Source: Octopus sinensis
Lineage: Eukaryota
DNA: 64,000 nucleotides
Assembly: GCF_006345805.1 (NCBI RefSeq)
Contig: NC_043012.1
Coordinates: forward strand, 14,446,001-14,510,000
Direction of reading: 5' to 3'
Part shown: positions 26,087-36,046 of the stretch, one piece after another
Layout: each line of letters opens with the position of its first letter
Position numbering within the stretch: the stretch's first letter is position 1
Notes under the pieces: model-generated
What the model saw: only the letters and a program-made list of their open reading frames with translations
Told to the model about the DNA's origin: nothing
Database searches by the model: none
Made by a program: the position numbers and the translations under genes

Positions 26087-26363
26087 CTTGTACATACATA
26101 GAAGCAACCTGTAAGCAAGCTACTTACCACACAGCCACTCCTGCGTCTGAATACCATGCATAAAATTCAAAATGTTTTATATATTTATTTATCGTATTTA
26201 GGTAAGAATAATTTGTCCCTGCTTTTCAATCTAAGCATTTAAGCTATGTATAGTACTGACATCGTACATATGCTGCCTACATTTCTATATTTTTAATTTT
26301 TGTGTTTTACTACATAAAGATCACCAACTACCTACTCTGAGTAACTACCGACGGCACGTGTCT

Positions 26364-26404
<41 letters not shown>

Positions 26405-26814
26405 TATATATATATACGTCCACATATATATACATACACATATATATACATACACGCACAGTGAGTGTGTGTGTGTAGTTGTGTTCGTATATATGTGTGC
26501 GTATATGAGGGAGAGAATGAGAGTGATTGTTTGATAGGCTGACACACTTATTTAATATCATTATTCAGTTATATTTACAGTCATCGAATATAATTTGATT
26601 TGTAAAGAATGAATTACGTAATTATATTAAACGTGAAGTTTCTATTAAATTATTAGTTCAGTAAGAGACAATAGATGTCGCGTCAGCATGAAGTTGAGTG
26701 TGCTTGGACAATTACTGATAGTATATTTCTCAATTTTGTTTCTTTTTTACATAACAAAAGCTTCTAATTCTCTCTCCTTACTCACGCGTTTTCTCTTAAT
26801 CTTTTCTCTTTTTA

Positions 26815-27214
26815 CTCTTTTACTTGTTTCAGTCATTTGACTGCGGCCATGCTGGAACACCGCCTTTAGTCGAGCAAATCGACCCCAGGACTTATTCTTT
26901 GTAAGCCCAGTACTTATTCTATCGGTCTCTTTTGCCGAACTGCTAAGTGACAGGGACGTAAACACACCAGCATCGGTTGTCAAGCGATATTGGGGGGACA
27001 AACACAGACACACAAACATATACACACATATTTATCTATATTCATATATACAACGGGCTTCTTTCAGTTTCCGTCTACCAAATCCACTCACAAGGCTTCA
27101 GTCGGCCCGAGGCTATAGTAGAAGACACTTGCCTAAGGTGCCACGCAGTGGGAATGAACCCGGAACCATGTGGTTGGCAAGCAAGGTTCTTACCACACAG
27201 CCACTCCTGCGCCT
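26815..27214 (-). mobile_element. SINE family B, full length
   Basis: Complete head, CORE-like segment, internal microsatellite and tail. Confidence 0.9.
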
Positions 27215-28251
27215 ATAGGAAACCTATTGTTTGTTTCTTCTTTAGGAAACCTATTGTTTGTTTGTAAATTCCTTTATTTTCGTGCTACACGGGAATACGT
27301 TACTGAGTCTCCGATCTGCTAGAAAGAGTAGCTCAAGCATCCTGTCGTGTGATGGTTTCTATTGTGGCTGTTGACTGATGCTTGTGGAGAAGCAAAATGT
27401 GTTTCTAGGGCGGCGTGTAAAAGGATAAACAACACCCACGAACAATTAACATAAGTCATATTTACAGCACATAGTGTTTCTTGCAGTGGTCTTCGGATGA
27501 AGAATAAAACCAGCCATTTGTACAAACCGGAAGTGACGTAATACTGGGGTTTACGACAAAGCATCTGGTAGGTATCAATCAGTGAGTAACCCGTAACAAC
27601 TGGGAAATATCGGGGCTAGATTCATGACTTGAAAATCTCTACCTTCTATTTGCATGACTGATGAATAGAAAATGGGAACGGAGTCATTACAGCAACTGCC
27701 TCGACATTCTGAAGTTACCACCAAGAGCCTATCTTCTATAAGACCCATTAGAGAGATCTCAAAATCGAATCACGCGATGGCTTGACACTGATTGGTCGGT
27801 TAATCGGCCGAACTCGTGAAACCATAGTGATCTTAACATGGTATCACCACAGCTCTCCAGCGATCCGGTCCAAGATCTGCTTCAATCCTATAAATTAAAC
27901 CTTATTTTCTTAAAACAAGTTACTCACTGGATAATACTTGATTATATACAACGTCTAGAAAGAGGCAGAGGATACCTTTAATTATACATCTGCTGAATCA
28001 GAACTAATCTGAAGTTAAACATAAAATACAATCAATCAAAATGAGCGAACTCTTCATATTACACACGTTCTTTTCATTCATTTCGAAAACTGCGCTTTTA
28101 GTTTCTCAAGAAAACAATCCTTACTTTTCTAAAATTAAACCAATCCAACTGACAGTTGGCGTTAATTATATGGTATTTGAAATCGAAACACATTTACATT
28201 TCCTTCTCACAATTCCTATAGTTTTGTGGCGAGACTCAGTTCCATCCAGGA

Positions 28252-28478
28252 TCGAGCTGGCAGAAACGTTAGCGCGCCGGGCGAAATGCTTAGCAGTATT
28301 TCGTCTGTCGTTACGTTTTGAGTTCAAATTCCACCGAGGTCAACTTTGCCTTTCATCCTTTCGGGGTCGATAAATTAAGCACCAGTTTCGCACTGAGGTC
28401 GATGTAATCGACTTAATCCGTTTGTCTGTCCTTGTTTGTCCCCTCTATGTTTAGCCCCTTGTGAGCGATAAAGAAATA
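28252..28478 (+). mobile_element. SINE family A, tail type a
   Basis: Near-consensus copy. Confidence 0.9.
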
Positions 28479-30207
28479 TATTTACAGATGTCTAGTCATT
28501 CGACTCTCTTCTCCCTCAAAGCTTGTGCCAATGTCAGTGAAAATACTTGTTGCTGATGTTGTTGCTGTTGTTGTTGATGATGATGATGTAGTTATTGCTG
28601 TTGCTGCTGGTAGTGCTTTGTATCTTGTTGAGACTCATATTCTCAGGAAATGAATTCAGTCTAAATCATAATTTTCTGTAATTCTTTGTAAAGAAATATA
28701 TAACCTGATAATTTTTGCATGTGCTGTGTGCGCGCGTTTTGTTTTGAATATAAAGATAACTTTTACGGCATCCATGCCTTACAATTACGCAGTCGCTTCC
28801 TCGTCTGATTCACATCGCAACTCATCATCACCGTATTCATAAGTACGTATTCCTGTCGTCGTATTTTAACCGTCTGCTTTTATTGCAGTACCGAGGGCAT
28901 CTTCTGCCTATTGACCACATACTGTATTATATTTTGCTTCTGTATTTCCTGTTCTATTGACAGTACTCTACGTAATATATGTGCAATGTCTTGATTTATT
29001 TCCTGTGTATTCTGTCTATTTGTAATTGCTGAGCTTCAGATTATATAACTAAAACGTATTACTGACACAGCTACAGATAAACCGATTAACTTACATTTTG
29101 CATCTAACTCTGCTTTAAGTATTCATCAAACGAGTTTATAATATTGCTTCCTAACTTTTACTTCTATTTATGTGTGCTGTACTCTGTCAAGTTCATTGGT
29201 TTTAAAGAATTCTGAATCTGGATTTCGTTGAAATCTCTCATGATATTAGCAATCTTAATTTATTGTCTTCTCCTAGAGGTAGCTTTGGGACATTTTTATA
29301 GCCTGTTATCCTTCCATATTATTTTTATTCGATTTCTGTAAGGTTTAAAATGCTCAAGATACTAGCATACAGCAAATATATATTAGAGAGTTAAAATGAA
29401 CCTCTTTGGAATATTAGCTTTTCATTCAATGCGAGGTTAGTTTTAATAAATCTCTCTTTTGTTTGTATCAGCAGAATTGCTTTTCATTATTCATAGTTGG
29501 TGCTTTATTTATGGTTAGTTTCCAGCATCTATACATGGAGATCACTGTCCAAAGACTTATGGTTGTTAATGTGTATCATACTCAAATCCTTCAAATTTTA
29601 ACATGAGTGCTCCCATTATTATCGGTGTTATCTAAAAGTCATTAGGCTTCCTCCTTACACATTGAAAGTTTCTCCTTTTGGTCAATCAGAAAATAAACCT
29701 TAGTTATCCAACCGAAACCATTTTCCCTGCTCTCCTTCTCACTAACGACATGCATGTCTAAGAATATTATATAGCCAAGTCGTTGTGATGTACCTTATTT
29801 GATACGTGTTCAAACTACTACGTAGACGTGTTGAAAGCTTGGACATGGTGTTATCTTCTTTTCATTATTTTATTTCTGCAGTTGTTTGTATCTAAGTATT
29901 GCTCCTACGTCTGCTTCTGTCCCAGAGCTTTTAAATCATTGTTACTTTTCTCTGTTGCTTACTTCTGCTCTACCGTATCTTGCAGAGAATTATTTTCTCG
30001 CCGTTTTCCTCCGATATATTTTGGAATTCTGTTTTGATTTTATATTTTACTTTTCAGTACATTTTGTTGTTATCTCTTTTAAGACATTTTCTTTGGTGTA
30101 ATTAGTGTCTAATTTGTATTTCATCTTTTCCAAATAGAGATTAAAATTTTCTATTTTAATCCATTTTTACTTAGTGCTTACTTTTGATTTACAGAAACAT
30201 TTTAGTC

Positions 30208-30432
30208 TAAGGCGGCGACCTGGCAGAAACGTTAGCACGCCAGGCGAAATGCTTAGCGGCATTTCGTATGCTGCTAAGTTCTGAGTTCAAATTCCGCCGA
30301 AGTCGACTTTGCCTTTCATCCTTTCGGGGTCGATTAAATAAGTACCAGTTACACACTGGGGTCGATATAATCGACTTAATCTGTTTGTCTGTCCTTGTTT
30401 GTCCCCTCCCCTTATGGGCAGTAAAGGAATAA
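30208..30432 (+). mobile_element. SINE family A, tail type a
   Basis: Near-consensus copy. Confidence 0.9.
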
Positions 30433-30789
30433 GAAACATCTTAGTTATTCCATGAGTGGATGAACTCTGTAGTATTTTCGTTGCGTTTTAGGAGCGCATT
30501 TACTGCATTACCTTGTTTTCTAAAGAATATTAAGTGTTTTGTAGTAATTTCTTCTTGTTGTACAATAACCGGTTTTTGACAGGTTTCATTTGTAATCGCT
30601 TCTGTTGGGATATTTTCATTCCCTTATGACAGATAGTTATATGCGTAATCGCTTGTTTAGTTTTCGTTTCCGTGCGACTTCTTTCCGTAATTTTATTTCA
30701 ATTCAGGGAACATTTGTAAAAAATCTCCATACATTAATAAATGTGTTCGCAGAGGTATTTTCATCCCTTCATCTGTTTTGTTTTATTTT

Positions 30790-30960
30790 CCTGTGGCTGT
30801 GTGGTAACTAGCTTCCTTACCAACCACATGGTTCCGGGTTCATTCCCACTGTGTGGCACCTTGAGCAGATGTCTTCTACTATAGCCTCGGGTCGACCAAA
30901 GCCTTGAGAGTGGATTTGGTTGACGGAAACTGAAAGAAGCCCGTCGTATATATGTATATT

Positions 30961-31005
<45 letters not shown>

Positions 31006-31006
31006 C

Positions 31007-31054
<48 letters not shown>

Positions 31055-31292
31055 TGTATGTATGTATGTATGTATGTGTGTATATGTTTGTGTGTCTGTG
31101 TTTGTCCCCTCCCAGCATCGCTTGACAACCGATGCTGGTGTGTTTACGTCCCCGTAACTTAGCGGTTCGGGAAAAGAGACCGATAGAATTAGTACTAGGC
31201 TTCCAAAGAATAAGTTCTGGGGTCGATTTGCTCGACTAAAGGCGGTGCTCCTGCATGGCCGCAGTCAAAAGACTGAAACAAACAAAAGTAAA
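30790..31292 (+). mobile_element. SINE family B with expanded internal microsatellite
   Basis: Internal (TA)(TG)(TA)(TATG) tract at ~30945-31085. Confidence 0.9.
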
Positions 31293-32144
31293 AAAGTAAA
31301 AGTATCTTTAATAATCTTCCTGTTGTACCAAATGTAGCCGCGTAAACCATGGAATACTTCAATTTAATATCTATTACTCTAGCATTATCTTTTAATTTTT
31401 GTTTTTTGTTTTTTTTTATTTTGGATGCCAAATGTGTCATATGATCTTTTCTAATAAGCGTTAAACTTTTAGGAGGTTCTGAACTATATCTGGCCTTATT
31501 TTCGCATCGTTATAGGGATCACGGAAACTGACACGGGACATTCTTCGTTTACTCCGATCCAACTCATAGTAGTTTTGCCTTTAATCGATTTATCCCTCGG
31601 ATTTTTATTTTTCATTCTGTTCGTTTCGTTTGCTTTTGCTTCTACTCAAAAGTTTCATTTAATTTTGTTCTTTCCTAGTGTTTACTTACTCTATATTTCC
31701 TGTACTATTTAAACAGCATGATTTGTTTTGTAATACTAACGCATCTAATATAATGCACTAAGCGTGGATCGTATTTAATGGGATTTTCCCGTTTTGTTTT
31801 ATCCATATTTAAAAATCCAAATCACTTTATATTGTTTGTCCCAGATGGTGGTCTCGTTTACTTATATGTTTCGTGTTATTTCATCCACGTAATGCATCAC
31901 ATAAGCGTCAATCATACATAACGGTGTCCAGATTACATCATTTTATTCATCTTCTTGCTAATGTTGTTCCGAGTTTGGCCTTTTGATTTCATAATGTCAT
32001 CAAATTTATTTCAGCTTTTTTTTTCCCGAATAGCTACATTTGTGCATCATCATTCATTTTCATGACAAGTAACATTCTTCATTACCAAAATTTTCATAGT
32101 CTTTCTCGCATAACATTAGTCACGCTTCTCCCTATCATCATCTT

Positions 32145-32148
32145 TATA

Positions 32149-32180
<32 letters not shown>

Positions 32181-32289
32181 TATAATGATAATAACGATAA
32201 TGATAATAATAATAATAATAATGATGATAATAATGATAATAATAATAATAATAATGATGATAATAATGATAATGATAATAACGATAAGG

Positions 32290-32330
<41 letters not shown>

Positions 32331-32350
32331 AATGATAATAATAATAATAA
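32145..32350. repeat. (ATA/ATG)n trinucleotide repeat just upstream of exon 5
   Basis: Directly visible. Confidence 0.95.
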
Positions 32351-32406
32351 TTTTTACTGTCATTTCAAAATTTAATAAATTTTATGATTTTTTCTTAATT
32401 GAGCAG

Positions 32407-32580
32407 GAGCAGAAAATAGAAGCGAAAGATGCTGACAAAACAAGGAAGAACCAAAATATCAGATACAGTTTGTCAGGTCCTGGAAGCTTCAAATTCTCGA
32501 TTCATCCTGTTGCAGGGACAGTGAGAGTAAAGAAATCGTCTACGATCGACTGTGAAACCAAATGTGAATACCGATTAGTG
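32407..32580 (+). CDS. Cadherin-repeat protein, exon 5 (alternative acceptor would start at 32413)
   Basis: EQKIEAKDADKTRKNQNIRYSLSGPGSFKFSIHPVAGTVRVKKSSTIDCETKCEYRLV; donor GTG|gtaagg; tandem CAG acceptors. Confidence 0.88.
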
Positions 32581-32744
32581 GTAAGGGCAAACTTTATTCC
32601 CGTTATAGAAACTGTATGAACGATATTGATTTCATTTTACAAAGCATAATGTCATGTATTGTAGAGATATTTATACTACACACATGCGTGTGTACATATA
32701 TATATATATATATGAGTGTGTGTGTGTGTGCATGTACATATATG

Positions 32745-32808
<64 letters not shown>

Positions 32809-32979
32809 CATGTATGTATATATATATATCAAATGATCAGATTTAAACATTTTTTTAAGGGATTTTCATAATTTTAGTTGGAATCTAATGTTCCTTAATT
32901 CAGTCGTCTGACGTTTCGAGATTTTGACATTAATGTTTTCAAATTAGACAGTGATGAATGGCGTGTCATTCGCAAGCTC

Positions 32980-33310
32980 TGCAGTAAATTGCAAATTATT
33001 TTTGGAGTATCAAACATCAATAATAAAAACATCTATTTTGGGTAAATTCAGAATTTTCATATATACCTGAAAAATCATTATTTTCTACTTACACACTTCT
33101 AAATACAAACTCACAAATACACACACACACACATATATATATATATATGCAGTAAATTGCAAATTATTTTTGGAGTATCAAACATCAATAATAAAAACAT
33201 CTATTTTGGGTAAATTCAGAATTTTCATATATACCTGAAAAATCATTATTTTCTACTTACACACCTCTAAATACAAACTCACAAATACACACACACACAC
33301 ACACATATAT
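32980..33310. repeat. 168-bp tandem duplication ending in (CA)(TA)n
   Basis: Units start at 32981 and 33149; one substitution seen (cacttcta vs cacctcta). Confidence 0.9.
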
Positions 33311-33317
33311 ATATATC

Positions 33318-33355
<38 letters not shown>

Positions 33356-33371
33356 ATATAATGTATGTTTA

Positions 33372-33946
33372 CAGGGTACAGTGAATGAACTGTCGTCTAA
33401 GGGAGTTACAGTCTGGGGAGTTAGGTCGCTGGGTGTTAGGTGTGATGTGGCCACAGAAATTGTCTGACAGCCATGATTGGGTTATCCTGCTTGTGTGGCA
33501 AGGTGCAGAGTCCTGTTGCCAAACATGGAATCTTCCAGTAGCCACCCAATTGACCGAGGGTAGCACTACCACCTCTAGACACTTGATGTAGGCATTCGTG
33601 TTGAGTCTGAGGCCGTGTAGGAAGAAGAATGGAGGCACAACGTCGCCATTACTAATCACACCAAACACCATGATGCTGACTGGATGTTTGATTTTCATCA
33701 TACTCTGTACACATCTTTGATTGCACTGTCCTCAGATTGGCATACAAACACTCTGAAATGTTCGTATTGGAGTTTCCTGTGCGTATGCCAAGTACTACAG
33801 TATGTCATTTCCAAATTTCTCGCAGATTGAATTGCGTCCTGGTGCTGTTTTTCTCAGAGACTGTGTAGTCGACAAAAATCAAAAGCGAACTATGCGCATG
33901 CGTGAAATTAAAAATATAAAATGGCGACAATTTACCCATCGCGTCG
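33372..33946 (-). mobile_element. Internally deleted DD37D (maT)-like Tc1/mariner element
   Basis: KHPVSIMVFGVIS...WQQDSAPCHTS...PNSPDCN, with degenerate TIRs (CAGGGT...TGTCG) at both ends and TA flanks. Confidence 0.8.
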
Positions 33947-34085
33947 TATATACATATATATATATATATACATACATATACATATATATATATACACATA
34001 TATATATATATACATATTTATATATACACATATATATACACATATATATACATATTTATATATACACATATATATATATTTATAC

Positions 34086-34136
<51 letters not shown>

Positions 34137-34143
34137 GTATATA

Positions 34144-34209
<66 letters not shown>
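33947..34209. repeat. (TA/CA)n microsatellite
   Basis: Directly visible. Confidence 0.95.
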
Positions 34210-34212
<3 letters not shown>

Positions 34213-35254
34213 AAAATGCTTTCGTATTTCTATCAACGATAACAATGGAATGAATAAGCTTTTACACAGGCAGAATGTAAACACAAATTTTAAAGAATAT
34301 AATTTAGTGGTGCATTTTAATCTCCATAGCTTTGAATAATGTTGCCTTTTTCTGAGATATAATATGAAAAAATATATTCTGAGAATATAAAGTTATCTTA
34401 GAAATTTAATATTTCTAATTTGGTTGTTTTTATTTCTGGCTTACTGGCTTTTGCTTTTAAATCTTCTTTATATTGACCATTAAGTTTAAATAGGTTAAAA
34501 GAAACAATATTTGGTCAAATATTTTGAAGAATAACTTTACTGCAGCGCAATTCATTAACTGAATTCTAGCTACAATTACATTGTAATTCATCAAAATAAT
34601 TTAAGTTTAATTTACTGCTACGTTCAATATATTTTTGAGGAGTATCTTCTACATCCTCGGCAGCATCAACAGCAGTGTCGTAAGGCTAGCAGCAAAATAA
34701 ATACTTTTAAATCTTCATTCAATTTTTTCTACTGATTTGCAAGAATAATTTGTCTAGAAGAAAAACAATTTAGCAATGTCTACAAGATATCTTGAAAAGC
34801 ATTCGCAGTTGCTAGGCTTGTTCCTAAGGCAACAAAATAACCTGATATTTTATCACGTATTAATTCAAATATTGAATCATGTGAATTTTCATTAAAGCAT
34901 TGGTAACAGAAAGATTTAATTAGCTTAGTCGTAAAAAATGATGTTCAACGACCTTATGGGAATATAATTATTTATTTATCTGTCGTAAAAATTCCCTCTT
35001 GTTTACTGCTGTGGGCCAAAATTCGACAAAGCTATTTTACTAAGTAATTTCGATTTCTATCCTTTCACTTTTGAATTTTCATTTTTAGTTTTAGAATTAA
35101 AAATGGAAATGTACCTATAAATGCACAAATGGACAAATGCACACGCATATACAATCATACGCATATTTGAAAACAAACACACATATACATCTATAGATTT
35201 ATATCCGAGTTTGATTGTGTACACTAGAATATATTCATCAAAAACATTCCATCA

Positions 35255-35590
35255 CAGTCTTATTTTCACGTTTTATTATTTAGAATTTTTGCAATTTTAC
35301 AATATTATAACAATAGAATATCATTTATTTATTGCGATAAATGTACTTTCACGCTTTATGCGATCATCGGGTGTATGTAGTAGTAGTAGTTGTAGTAGTA
35401 GTAGTAGTTGTAGTAGTAGTGACAGTCGTGTTCCACAATTGGGAACACAGTTGTCGCTACAACTACATACGCCTGGTGATTGCATGAAAGTACTAGTTTT
35501 ATCACAATAAATAGGTAATGTTCTATTATTATAACATAGCAAAATTGTAAAAATTGTAAATAATGAAATGAAAAAATCAGACTAGGTTGG
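35255..35590. repeat. Degenerate long inverted repeat (foldback) around a (TAG)n tract and central palindrome
   Basis: Arms ~35255-35380 and ~35455-35590 align as reverse complements; GTGTTCC-a-CAATTG-GGAACAC lies at the centre. Confidence 0.8.
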
Positions 35591-35613
35591 AATTTCATTG
35601 ATTAATATACATC

Positions 35614-35682
<69 letters not shown>

Positions 35683-35740
35683 CCCACCAGTCAGTTAAGA
35701 TGAGAAGCCATGAGAGACACTGTCTGGTGCTACATAAGGA

Positions 35741-35820
<80 letters not shown>

Positions 35821-35822
35821 TT

Positions 35823-36046
35823 AAGGCGGTATGCTGGCAGAAACGTTAGCACGTCGGGTGAAGTGCTTAGTGATATTTCATCTGTCATTACGTTCTGGGT
35901 TCAAATTCCGCCGAGGTCGACTTTGCCCTTCATCCTTTCGGGTTTGATAAATTAAGTACCAGTTGCGTCCTGAGATCGATCTAATCGAGTTGCCTCCTCC
36001 CGCAAAATGTCAGGCCTTGTCCCTAGAGGAGTAAGGATTAATTTTA
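35823..36046 (+). mobile_element. SINE family A, tail type b, preceded by (TAT)(TAG)n
   Basis: Near-consensus copy abutting the R4 relic. Confidence 0.88.

Larger units (their letters stand above)
23836..26110 (-). mobile_element. Complete ORF1-only (Gag-like) non-LTR retroelement, ~2.27 kb
   Basis: 15-bp TSD at 23821-23835 and 26111-26125, 5' Inr+DPE, RRM-like + CCHC ORF, and no APE/RT coding between the ORF and the 3' TSD. Confidence 0.85.

Noticed and set aside
27216-27263. 21-bp direct repeat beside the SINE head
   Set aside because: Both copies are on the same side of the SINE, so it is not a TSD; simple slippage duplication.
28780-30050. Possible decayed LINE endonuclease region on the minus strand
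   Set aside because: Only vague fragments; no diagnostic motif could be read with confidence.
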